A stretch of 64,000 nucleotides of DNA, from NCBI GenBank assembly GCA_907165135.1, contig OU015568.1:8308001-8372000 (forward strand), given 5' to 3'. The position numbers and the translations under genes were made by a program. The notes under the pieces were generated by a model. That model made no database searches. It worked only from the letters and a program-made list of their open reading frames with translations, and was not told the origin of the DNA. Below, in pieces: positions 25,163-37,381 of the stretch (position 1 is the stretch's first letter; each line of letters starts with the position of its first letter). The stretch is from Oikopleura dioica. Taxonomy: Eukaryota; Animalia; Chordata.

Positions 25163-28100
25163 ATGGTTGTTCAGCTCGGTTCAAACGAGACAGCTGGAAT
25201 GAGCTACGGTTACACTGGCTATCCCGACTCGGCCTATGGAACAGCATCGCGAGGAAGCAATTACTACTCCGGCGTTTATAATAACTCCTCATCGTCGTAT
25301 CCTAGGAATGGGTCGAAATAAAAATAAACTCAGTCCAATTTTGCACCATCAGGAAGATTTTTCGAAACAAAGATAAAATTCTCCTTCAATTTTCGACCCT
25401 TGAAAAAGCTCGAGTCTTATCAATTCTTCCCCCACAGGAGGCCTCGCAGCTTCGTCACAGTATGCAGCTTTTGCCCAGTCTGGCTACCCGCCACTTGGAT
25501 TCACGGACAACCCATTCGGTAAGTCGTTTTTTCGGGATCGACGGGCAATAAATAGCACTAGAATACGGAGAGCGATAGTTGGCATCAGAGGGGCCATGCG
25601 CATTGGGCATAGTTGAGGGCATGCAAGGTGTTATATGGCTCGCCGCGGTGGGCATATTTGTGGCGGTTAGGCTTCATAAACCCTTCCCGTCACGAGGCAT
25701 GAGGTGAAAGAATTTCTCTCCTTCGATCTCCCCTACCCCAAGATAAAGTGAAAGAATTTTTATTTACGGGTAAATTAAAAGAGAGACTCGAGTTGAATTT
25801 TCTTCTTTATTTTTTGCCCGAACTTTTGCTTGGAAAACTAATTTTTGAACGATTTTTGGCGAGATTGAGTGAAGATTTCTTACAAAATTTATCTGGCGTA
25901 AAAATATCCGCCCGTGGAGCGATACCCGAGTTAAATTGCCCTGTCGCGCATAAGGATGTAAAGGGTCGTGGTGATGGCTCCATTCCAACGTAACTAGTAA
26001 CAGAAGATTTTATATACATTCATAGATATAAAGTGAGGTAGATTTTTTTTTGATAAAAAGAAGTACTAAACTTTGTGACTCTCTCTTTTTATTGGTGAGT
26101 GAGTGCTGCAGCGACTAGCTGGCTGCGATGATTCCTAATTTATCTTTGAAGCAACCTTGAAGCGACGTCGCAGGTGCCCAGTAAGCGACACTCTCTTCAA
26201 AGAGGCCCCTAGACTCATAAAATCACTTTTTTTTTTCTACCCAGTCCAGGCTCCCTTCCCACTCGTCCCTGTTTATTGCAAGCGCCCATAACTGTCCAAT
26301 CCGTACCGCTAATGTGTCGTAAAACGGGCGTAATTAACACCCTCCACCGCGAGATAAAAATAATAACGATCGGATAGATTGTGACAAGAAAGAACTTTAG
26401 AATCACTTTCAGATTCTAGCGTTTCTGGACCAAGTAAGCTAGAATATGCGTTTTATACACGGTGAGTGAGTAGTAAATTCCCAATAAATCATCGTCAAGC
26501 TCGGTAACGGGCATTCTAGTGCGGGTGGCTTTTCACGCTGGTCCGAGATGATCCGGCGTTGATCCGGCTGAGTGTTTTTGCCACGAGCGGCGTCCTCATT
26601 TACGGATAAAGCGGCTTTTGCAACAGTCGCCATAGATGCCTCTCCAAAGACGGGATCGAGTTGGGTTGAGTAGTATGCACAGGTCAAATGTGTTAATGAT
26701 AGATTATGAAATTGTCATATTCTGACAAAGTTCTGAGAAGGTCAAATCCGGAGGGTAATCGCGAGAATGACCCGAATGGATTAACCGAATCGCGATCGAG
26801 TAACTTTCGCGCGAAGAGATTACTGAACTTATAGGTACAGATACTGTATTTCTACGGCTACAGTAAACTTTTTTTCGACGGTCACGTGATCATCTAACTT
26901 TCCTAAACGTCAAAAAACGCGGTGATGATCACGAGTCTGTTTTTGAAAAGTTTTTCACCGGCCAAGTGGAAATTCTATTTTGGGCGCTTTCACTCACTCA
27001 GGTGGATCTCTTTTTCGCCGCGAGAGAGTCATGAGGGAAGAAGGGCTTGAAAGGGGAGTAGTCGCGCTGCAGTAGTGGAAGAGTCATCGGACACTGACGA
27101 AGGGCTCCGATATCGAGCTGATAAATTTAGAATCGAGGCGAGATAAATTTCTATTTTGTTTTTCGAAGATCGACAAATTGAGTACTCTTGATACGAAAAA
27201 GAGCTTTTATTCAATTTTCATGAATATGAACAGTTGAAATTTTTCCATTATTCAAAAGTTTGATGTTCTTGGAGAATATATTTTAAACGCTGGAAAAGTA
27301 TCAATTTGTGAATAAGCAAAGTTTAATTTTATCACTTTAACTTTTGAGTTTTTCTGAATCAGCGGCTGAAACCATCGGTAATATAATTTATATATCCTCC
27401 GATGATTCAACATCTGTCTGTCAAAAAGTCTACCCCTTCTTCTGTATTCATCAGCGGAGGAATAAACAACAAACAGAATCATGAGAAGAGCTAATGATTC
27501 CTAAAAGATGAAGCGTCGGAAGAAAAAATGACTTTTGGTCTTGCGTGAATAATGAAAAATGAATTAGAGCGGAAGATGAGACTCACTTCAAACGGCGCTA
27601 ACTTTTTGTGGTCAAGGTGCTATCTATCATTTAAAAAAGCATTTGCTCAAGCACCGGATAATGTTCCATCCTCCTTATCACCTCTAGAACTTCGCTAGAG
27701 GGGCGGCGGATTTTTACATGCGCAGAATTTTGGTTAATAGAAATTCTAGTGCAGGGTTAACGACAGAAGACGGTTAGGGTTAGGGTTCAAGATGAATTTT
27801 TAAAGATACTTCTTAAGAAAGTTTCCTTATTAAATTCTTCAGATAGTGGGCTCCTGCCAGACTCAAAGGGCAAAAAGAAGAAGATGCGAAAACCACGAAC
27901 GATTTACAGTTCACTTCAACTCCAGGAGCTGAACAAACGCTTCAATCAAACGCAATATCTGGCATTGCCGGAACGTGCTGAGCTGGCCGCTTCGCTCGGG
28001 CTCACACAGACACAGGTAATTTTTCCCTTGATTTTTTCAAAGGCCGTTGAACTCGAAAGATTAAAGTTCAGTAGAAGATATGATCCGCTTTTGTATGCGC

Positions 28101-31100
28101 GTTATTAGATAGCGGTATATCAATTAGCTTTAGGTAATTATTTTGACGCAAAAGGACATCATCGTGTAATTACTTTCGGACTCAAACAACCAGAAGACGG
28201 AAATGATTATGTTCATAAACCATCTCAGAGGGTATAATTTAGCTAACTGGCCAATTAGACACTTGTTTCCTTAATTTTTGCGTGAACGTGTTACATTGCC
28301 AATTACGCCGTAAATTTGCCATTCTGGACCAGCTAGAAAAACAAAGCCACTTGTACGCCCATTAATTCCATCTAACGGGGGCCCCCTGAAACACGGGGTT
28401 TTTTAAGAGGCCACAGATTTATTCTCAAACGGCGCGTTTTTTTCTCATAGTAAACTTGGAGCCATCAACTTGAGGCAGTAAATCTACAGGCCATGACGAC
28501 TTCATAAATGTCGACCATGCGTATTAACTTTCGTAACATTTTTTTATTAAATGCTTACTCTTGCATTTTCGATAATTAAAGAATTGAGGGTTTTGGAAAA
28601 TAACTAATTTTCAACCAAACTTTGAGCATAATTAACAATACCTACCTCTTCAATTTCTTCTCAGTATCAGTTTTTTTTCTTCTTCTTGCAGCAGGTGTGG
28701 GGCACAAGAGGAGTGCCTGCTTACTCAAATTCACTGCGAGATATCCGTGAGAGATTCATTCTAGCACCGGATAGATGAAAGCTCCGGTTCCGCGCTTTCA
28801 TACTTACAAATCTGAAAATTGCCCTCTCCGATTTCTAGTCTTGAAATTTTTCGCCAAAAGTTTGTTTACGGAATTTCGAATTTTTTAAGAAAAAGAGAAG
28901 CTCAGTAATCCGCCCATGAGGTCAGAAGCATTGATGGTTATTCCCAGAGCTTAGCATCTGATTCGGGTATTTACGACTTTCCCACTAGTTTTTAACACGA
29001 TCTGCATTCTTATTCACCGGCTAGAGGCATTAACTAAGACTCTCAACTTGAAATCAGCTTATGAAGGTCCAAGATTGTCAATCAAACTTCCGAATTTGCG
29101 CCGATTTCGGTGACAAATTTTCCAAAGTCAGATGAACAACCCAACTCCCAGAAAAGTCGAAAAGTCTAGTTGACAATCTTGGCGAGAGCTTCTCGTAAAT
29201 AGCAGACTCTCACAAGGACTTAAAACTCAAAACAAGATAACAAAAACAACGCGTGAGCGATGTAACTTCTGTGTTAAACAATTAAGTTATGTAGTGGTGG
29301 TTTTGTACCAAGTAGTAAGGTCTTACGAAAAAACTCCTTTCCGGATGCGGAAGTTTGTCGCGCGGCTAAAAAACAGCGGCGACCCACCATATCGACCAGA
29401 CGGAGCCGTACAGTAGTCGGTAGATTTTTTTTTCTCCGTTTTCGCGCTTTTTAAATTTAACGGCAGCGGGAATATTTACGACGGATGAAGATTTTTGCGA
29501 CAAGGATGCATTTTTATGCGTTTTTGAGTTCGTGCTCCGAGGTGAAGCGAGAGGGGGGCTTTGATTTTACGATCTCTCTATTCCAGATTTTCTCGTTTTC
29601 CTCTTTTCCCGCTGTTTGCCAATGTTGTATTGAAGATGGATGGGCGTATTAGTCCTACTCCATCATCGAGCTGTGTGAAAATAACCCTCAATAGACACTG
29701 TTCTCAATCATTCTCGGCCCTTTCTTCCTCGTTTTTTTGTGGTAGAGAATTTTGGAATACTGAATATTCTTGGATCATGATAAAATGAAATTATAATGCC
29801 AGTTGGCGGCTTTTTCTTCCTTGATTTCGACATAAAACTGAAATAAAATTCAGCAAGGAAGGTAGCGAGAAGCGTCGATTTCTTCGGAAGACAGATCTTC
29901 TTATAGAACCCCGATATTGTTCATTTTTGAATGAGAAGAACTCGCTGGCTCCAAATTTTTGAAGCATTCTTAGAAGTACTTTCGCAAAAAGCACTTGTCC
30001 ATTAATTAGAATCTTTCTCCGCGGTCAGCTTGCCACTTCCTGCTGGAACATAGCTCGATCACGTGACCCTTCCGCTCCGGTGGCACCAACCGGTCGCCTC
30101 GTGGGAAGAAATTTGTATTTTTCTATCGCGGGCGCGAGCGCTTCAAAGGCGCGCCGCCGACTTCCTTGGGCAAGTTATATTTGTTCATCCGGTGGCCCAT
30201 CTCCACCACCAAGCAACAAAAATGCCATGTGAAAAATAGCTTAGAGAAATTTTTCTAGAGATTCCACAAGCTTTATGAAAACAGAGATTTTGTTTTTGAA
30301 CGGGGGCGACTTTGATCTGCCGCCTTTCGCGCGGGCGAAACTTGATTAGGTATATATAAATATTTTCTGAAGAACTAAAATAAAAAGCCCCTTTACTTAG
30401 CCCTTTCCATATATTTCCACCTTATCAGCCCTTTTAAAGATGATTCTGAAGAGATTGAGTTCACCAAACCTAACCCTAACCTTAGACCATAAGGGTGTCA
30501 ATATCTTAATTCTTGGACCACAATCTAGTTGTAAATCTGACTCTAGGAAGGCTTAGCCCCTTAAATTCAATTCATTTCTGAGTAATTTTCAGTTGAGAAA
30601 GTTTAACGTGAACTGGGCAATTGAGGGAAGATGGCAATTTCGGTTCAACTAAATATAATAGTTGAAAATAATTTAAATGCGGCGATAAGGCCTGGGTTAG
30701 ATCACCAAAGTGCCACTCTCGGCTGGGTAATTGATACGCTATATGTAGGCTGCTCACAAATTGCGGCTCAGACTTGTAATTACTGTGAACGTGATCACGT
30801 GTCATTATTACATAGCTCTATAATTTTAGCCATTTTAGCGGCTTATCATATCTTCTACTTACTGACAACTGGCTCATTATGTGATGTAACGTGCCGAAAG
30901 GAATTAGCGAATTAGAGAATTTAACGTTCCTTTTCAGGTCAAAATCTGGTTTCAAAACAGACGATCCAAATACAAAAAGCTGATGAAGCAAGGAGGAGTT
31001 TCAGTCAAAGTCGAAAATGATGGTGGAAGTGGCGCTGGATCTGATAATGAAGGCGGACCTAATGGGTAAGTGAAAACCTTAACTGTATTGAAAATTTTAT

Positions 31101-31817
31101 CTGTTTGAGTTTTCAAGCAACTGTTGCTTTGATAAGCAAATTACAAACATTTTCAAGATGACATGAACGCCGCAGTCTTCTATTTCTAAATATACGTTCA
31201 GTGATGATGATGAGGAAGATCAGTCTGAACACTCCTCCCCCAACGCCTCTTCTCTTCTGAATCAATCCAACGGTCTCATGCCCCGCTCACCCGGCTCCAA
31301 CCTCGGCGTCCCGTCAATGCCCTCTGGATCACCAACAGCCGGTCTCCCTGGCCTGACAGCATCAGCAACAGCTTCTCGTTTGGAACAAGAAGCTCTCCAG
31401 CACCAAGTTCAATCAGAAGCTGTTTCTGCCAGTGTCGCCGGTGTTCTCGCCAATGGCTTGAGTTCCACGCACGTTCCTACCGTCACCTCTCCCGACAGTC
31501 ATGCCGACAACTCGCCTACCTATTCGGCTACAGCGGCTAGCACCGGCATCCCCACGCTTACTGGTAGCATCGCCAATCAAATCAGCGACTCTGGATTGAC
31601 CGGATCAGTTGCGGCTCTCCTGACGCATCGTCAATCGACTCAAAATCCTTCATCTCCACATCCGCCGCGCTCAACCCTGCCAGCCTCCTTCCCAGTTCCT
31701 ACACCTCCTCAGTGGACTTCTCCTCCCACGCGGTGGGCGGCCTCCCGACGAGTCTGTCCTGGGCGGCTGGCTGGCCCCAACAAGCTTATTACAAGCAATA
31801 AGAAGGAGCTACAATAA
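25163..31817 (+). CDS. Dlx: Distal-less/Dlx homeobox transcription factor
   Basis: Homeodomain [45 protein letters not shown] (exon 27843-28015) plus [17 protein letters not shown] (exon 30938-31065), split at the conserved Q/V position. Tyr/Ser-rich exons at ~25163-25300 and 25439-25518; last exon from 31202. Confidence 0.96.
28115..28370. promoter_or_regulatory. Cluster of homeodomain-type TAATT/AATTA sites in Dlx intron
   Basis: Eight sites counted in ~250 bp (28121, 28135, 28166, 28234, 28251, 28271, 28299, 28361). Confidence 0.5.
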
Positions 31818-34028
31818 TATGTATGGATTGCTATATAATTTCACGAATTCGCAAGAAGACAACATCACCAAAAAATACACACCAAATATTTTTCATTGCA
31901 AAAACTTGCATCTACTCTAGAATCTGTATTTCAAATATTTCCTACTACTCATCGCTGTACATTACTGAAGAAAACCGAAAATTTTCAACAACTTTTTTTT
32001 CCTGTTTATTTAAAACACCGGCACAAAAAAAAACGTCCAGAAAATATTGAAAATAAAAATCATAAAAATGCAAACATGCGTTGATCAATTCTAGCGGCAG
32101 AATTCCAGACATGACAGGAGACATTTCCGGCCGTGGTCGAGTTAGAGGCGGATAAGATTGAAACGGGGTGGTAGTAGTTGATGGTCATTAGAAAACCGAG
32201 GACTGACCGTATCAGCGGAGATAGCTGCCGAGCCAGTGATAAGATAGCTTTTCGGTTCACGAGTAATAATCACAGTAAGACAGGGCTACTTTTGAATCGA
32301 AATTGTACTCGGAAATGTTTGATTCTACGGTCTTAGTAAAATAGGCTTAGACTCGAATTGGAATGGTCTTCAAAAAAGTCAAGTTCTCCAAGTAGATTCG
32401 ACGGGAGCGCACATCTTCCTTCTCCAGAAAAGTGGTGCAGAAGAAGTGCGCTGTTTTGATTGCGCCGGTGGTGGTGGAGTGGCTGGCCTCTCGCTGGATC
32501 TCCTGTTGAGTATCGTTGATGCTTTAATAGGCAGTTTCGCCCGTGCGCCAGTCTTAGCGCGCAGCTAGACCAACAACAACACCAAGAGGCCAGCACCACC
32601 ATGTCGAGCAAATATTTTGTTTGCGTTGTTTGTACCTTCTTTAGAATAAATAAAAATTGTTTAGCCTAAATTTCTTCGAGCTCTGTAATTAAGCGATTTC
32701 TCGAGTTTCTCATTGAAGGTAAGGTGTTCTCTTATCCTAACATTTGCTCTTTGATAGGAAGCACTGTGCAACCAACAGTTGGTATCAAAGAAGTATGAAC
32801 AATTTCGATATAAACATATGTAAAAATATAATCATACCGGTATGCAATATTGTTTTCTATTTATCGTATCACTCAAATCGATAAGCTCCTTCTTCTGGAG
32901 TCTTGAGTTCTATTGAAGTATTGATGCTAAGAAAAAAAAATGTGGCGAAGATGTTTTGGCAAGATGATGCGTGGCGATTCGTGTTCCGTGAATTTTCGAA
33001 TTCGCGGCCTCGCACGGCTGCGAAATTATAGAGTTTGGGCCCGCGACGAATTGCAGAAGTAGACCGCATCAAAATTAGAAAACGCGCTCCCTTACCTTTG
33101 AGCCTCACCTTCTTTTTCGAGACTTAATTCAATCTGTCTCCCAGACACATCTAATCATCAGTCTCGTTTTTACGCCTCTTAAATTATTTGACGTTAAAAC
33201 ATAAAAAAAAATAAGATTTTCTTAGAAAGGCTTAAATTCTAAAAGCACTTTTTAAAAAAATTTAATCTCAAAAAAATAGTTTTTTCCGACTTAGAGAACA
33301 CCGAACTGCGACTGAACTTGACATCGACATTCATTAATTTTCTGGAATTTCTCCTCCCGCGCAAGCTTCTTTACTGGTAGCAGAGCAGCTACGCCGCGGT
33401 CGTCCCAGCTTTTTGGTCCGTAATTGGCACCTTCTCGCTGCAGCGATACCACCAAATCACCACCTCCAGAGAAATATTAGAGTCACAATAAACATCAGAA
33501 AATGCAGACCACCGCCTAGAGCTTTTGCTAATGAAGCTGCGCAGAATCGATGCTCCTTTTTCGAGCTCATTTTCCTTGCTCCACCGTTGTTTATAATTTC
33601 TAGCTGCCAAGTGGCTCTGAATGATACGTTCTCATCGAAAGCATCGAGCTGTCAGCAGGATCGCCCGTTTCCGGGAGGTAATGATATTTTAAATCCCCTA
33701 ATTTGTCGCTTCCCATGGTTTCTGAAGAGTCCCCATGCCGCCCATTAAAATTGTATTAGGCGACATCAAAGCAGCATTCTGGGGCGCGAGCGGCCGCGCT
33801 ACGTACCTATTACTGACATTGTTGCCAGATAAAACTGACCACACGCGCGTCCGGTCCATTCTCGGCCCGAGAATCTCGGGGAAGGCTACGGAATCTCGGT
33901 TGTCTTTGATTTGGATATCTGAAGAGTGGAAATTCACTGTCACCAACAGAGATGATTTATTAGTTCTTTATGCTCGATTTTTTAATACAATTGGTAGATT
34001 AAATTATGCTAATTTTAGGTCAGCACTG

Positions 34029-34150
34029 AAAATGTCACGAATTTCACGAAAGTCACGATAACATGTTTTTTTCGTGACATTTTCAGTAAAACTCTAGAGT
34101 TTTCGTGACATTCGTGACATTCGTTACATTCGTGACATTCGTGACATTTT
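34029..34150. mobile_element. ~122-bp MITE-like element with internal (TTCGTGACA)n repeats
   Basis: Inverted ends AAAATGTCACGAA / TTCGTGACATTTT, flanked by the 8-bp direct repeat CAGCACTG (34021-34028, 34151-34158). Confidence 0.7.
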
Positions 34151-35616
34151 CAGCACTGTCGTAATTTTATTATAGAAATCTGTTGTCTCTTATTTTATTG
34201 ATGGGAAGCAATGATTTTAATATCATTAATTAGATAAACTCTTCATTTCATAATCTACTGTGCTTAAAATGTCTATCCCCTGAATCCATATTCATTAATT
34301 TGAATAAATTTAGAATATTCGGTTCACTCTTGAATGAGGATAATTTCTTCGATTCTCATCTATTTCGCCATTCTCTCCCTGCGAGAAAGGCTCGAGGAAT
34401 GTTCAATGCCGTGATAATTACAGAGACAGTCGCGCATTTGAAATTTCCAACAAATTCTAAAAAAACCTTGAAACAACTGGTCACATCATTGGCGCTTGTT
34501 TTCGCAAATTCTACAAACAGACAGTTTAGTCTTATAATCTCAGTCGCTGGGTTTTCGATGGCGATTAGTATCTCGGATGTGGTTTGGTGGAGATATTGAT
34601 GGCACGGGGGACTGAGAGAGGGAGGATGTGGAAGAGGCGTACTTCCCCTTCGAGATTATCGTACAAATATGATAGTGTTCTAATTGGTCTAATTAGAGAT
34701 GTTAGCGGTTGTAAAATGCGGTTTCAGGCCTGCACTTGTCCTGATCCTGGGACTCTCTTGGACAATATTCACCTGAAAAAAGGGCGAAGTAAAACGATTT
34801 TTATTAAGAAAAAGTTTCGTAGTTTCGTTTTTATTCATCTATCATTCTACCTACTTCTCACTCCACCTGGGTTAAAAAAAAAGGACTTGAAAAAGGACGA
34901 GTCGAGTGCCAAGAGCCCACTGAAAAGAGTGATCTCAATTAATCAACGCCGAAATGGAATCTCTTGCGTCCTGGTGAGCACTCTTCACGGTGGAGCGACT
35001 GCCACCACTGTTGATTGATTTTCAACAAGTCAGTATCCAAGTCTTGCTACATATTTCATCTTGTAATTATTTAAACATATTTCTCCACATGACAATTTTA
35101 TCCCATGCTTAATCTGATCAAAGAACAAGAAACTAGAAAAATATATAAAGCGATTAATTGAATCTGTAATTGTGGTGTTGAGCATTTTCAGTTCTGCCGA
35201 ATCAGCGATAAAGTCGATGTCTACCAGACATTCTCTAGTCATCAGAGATTTCTGGAGAGCGCCCATCTTCGTTTGGTAATTTTCAATGAACACATTTCTA
35301 CACACAAGAAAATGAAGAAAAAAGCGTGAACCCTTGAGAGTAACGGCCAAAAAAGGGACTGAAAATTTACGACATTCCAACGTCGTGTTATCTCGGTAAG
35401 AGCACAGCTGAGCTCGGAATTCTTCTTTGGCAGCTTCCCCCTATCTCTTTTTCTTCTTCTTTAGCTTTGGATAACATCTTGAAGGGGAGATAAATTTAAG
35501 CACCTATCTATATCCAAAGATAAAGTAAGATTTATATCAAATAATGAAGATAATTTCAATCTATTTACGTCCAAAGATCATCGCTTTATTCAATCAAATA
35601 TAACGCTGAAATCGGG

Positions 35617-35848
35617 AACCTGTGTAGAAAAGCTGAGTCAGGAGTTGAAGAGCTATTAGCTTTTAAAAATGAAAAGCCGCGTAGCGGCTTTTTTGAAAAC
35701 GAAGCCGCAAAGCGGCTTCGCTGATATTTTGAAATATATAAGATTTATTTTGTCGCAAAGCCGTTATGCGGTTTTGTTTTCAAAAAAGCCGCTACGCGGC
35801 TTTTCATTTTAGCTCTTCAAAGCCTGATTCAGGTTTTCTACACAGGTT
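35617..35848. mobile_element. MITE-like foldback with nested AAGCCGC-NNN-GCGGCTT hairpins
   Basis: Outer arms AACCTGTGTAGAAAA..CTGA.TCAGG..TTGAAGAGCTA / TAGCTCTTCAA..CCTGA.TCAG.TTTTCTACACAGGTT; inner arms AAAATGAAAAGCCGCGTAGCGGCTTTTTTGAAAAC and its reverse complement. Confidence 0.75.
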
Positions 35849-35899
35849 GCCGAGCCCAGATATTACGAAACTTGGATCGAAAGAAGTGTCAGTAGCACT

Positions 35900-36652
35900 T
35901 CAAATACACAATCTCGTATTTCTTGTGGGGATGTGAGTCTCGGTATCCGCGGCTGGATTGTTCACGGGCTTGTCTCCCCATTCCGACAGAAATACCCGAG
36001 TACCTCCTTTTTCTCTGCAGATGGCGAAAAACTATGCTCGCCAAATAGTTTATGTACGATTATTCCGGGCTTGTTTTTTTTCACACCATTTTGAAAACTA
36101 CAATTTTGGTAAATTCCTGCAGGCTGCTGCAAAGTTGAATAATGAGGAAACGCAAATAGAACATGCATTTTTCAACGAAAAGTATGAAAATAACAAATTA
36201 AAATTATTTGCGAAAATGTTTATTCGACTGCCTACAAGTGATGGAGGTAGTAGATGTCGCTTCGATCTGGATCGTTTCCATCACCAGCGGGGACCATCCA
36301 CAAGTACTTCAGCAGCATTCTCGCTCGCTGGTCGTTTGTCCACTTTTGGGCCACGTGATCTTCCACTGGATTGCCAGTGACGCGCGCAGGGATGCGCTTC
36401 TCAGTCCAAAGGCTAAAGAATAGCTACTATAGATTTACTTCATTCGTTGATAACTTACATTCTTGCTGAACCAGGTTCGGTGCTAGCCATGGCGATGATG
36501 ATGGCTTTCACATTTACTTTACCGTCCCCGCCTTCCTTTCGGAGCTTGTAATCCTCGTTCTGCAGGTTGTATCCAAACACGTGGGGAGTTTGGTCGCGAA
36601 GAAGGAGATATCGTTGAGCACTCATCGTCGCTAATTCTCTCATTGAAGACAT
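35900..36652 (-). CDS. Three-exon leaderless orphan protein (161 aa)
   Basis: Exons 36652-36459, 36412-36236 and 36014-35900, joined by phase-2 GT-AG introns, give an open frame MSSMRELAT...ARILWTEKRIP...AQKWT...YLWMVPAGDG...YYLHHLEKGGTRVFLSEWGDKPV...LCI*. Confidence 0.7.
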
Positions 36653-36769
36653 TTTCCAGCTCTTGATATAATTGCGATAATTTTGGCCGTTGCGGGCTCT
36701 TTCAATAAATAAAACGAGTCGAAAATTTTGATTTTTATCTAATTTATTTCTGTGAGGACAACTTTTTAG

Positions 36770-37381
36770 TTAGAAAAGTTTTATCATCTGATCATCATTG
36801 AACGCGTTTCGGCAGGTCGGGCAGATCTTCTCTTCCATCAGATTTAGACAACCAAGACAGAATCGATGGCCACAGGGAATCGCGATCTCGATGTGGTCAG
36901 TGGCATTGTAGGCCTCGAAGCAAACTTCGCAGGAGAACTTGTTTTTAACATCTATAATCTTATTAGGAAGTGAATATTTTTTCAGTGAAGTACCTTTGCC
37001 ACAAATCTCAGTCGTAAGAGTCAGAAGCTCAACATTCGTTGTCAAAGATTCTTCCTCTAGATTTTTTCGCTCGATCTGTAGTTCCTCAAGCTTCTTTCCC
37101 ATTGCTTCAATTTCTGCGTCAAGTTTGCACTTTCGATTACAATTTTCGAATGCTTTCGATTGCAATTTTTTGAGCTTTTCGAACTTGTGCCCGTAAACAG
37201 GTTCTTCACAGCAGTTCATCTTGAAGAAATCATCGAACGTCAAATCTTTGTTACAATTTTTTCTGGGACAAGAAAAAATAGCATCTGTATCGTAATTTTT
37301 CATCCAATCACTTCTGCTTTTCTCGCAGTTATTGCAATGCGATCGTTCGTCTTCGTCGTTAAGCCATTGAGCCTTCTGCAT
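36770..37381 (-). CDS. Intronless coiled-coil plus C-terminal C3HC4 RING finger protein (203 aa)
   Basis: CEVCFEAY...IPCGHRFCLGCL...ICPTCR; heptad-rich LDAEIEAMGKKLEELQIERKNLEEE; extra N-terminal Cys cluster. Confidence 0.9.
   Translation of the reverse strand: MQKAQWLNDEDERSHCNNCEKSRSDWMKNYDTDAIFSCPRKNCNKDLTFDDFFKMNCCEEPVYGHKFEKLKKLQSKAFENCNRKCKLDAEIEAMGKKLEELQIERKNLEEESLTTNVELLTLTTEICGKGTSLKKYSLPNKIIDVKNKFSCEVCFEAYNATDHIEIAIPCGHRFCLGCLNLMEEKICPTCRNAFNDDQMIKLF

Noticed and set aside
27772-27787. GGTTAGGGTTAGGGTT (and CCTAACCCTAACC at ~30470) as interstitial telomere
   Set aside because: Only about two units each and the flanks are unrelated; too short to support.
32333-35400. Scattered minus-strand ORF fragments (e.g. 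33698-33946, 35030-35380, a hydrophobic C-terminal exon near 32560-32630)
   Set aside because: Some look exon-like, but I could not splice them into a consistent frame or recognise a family.
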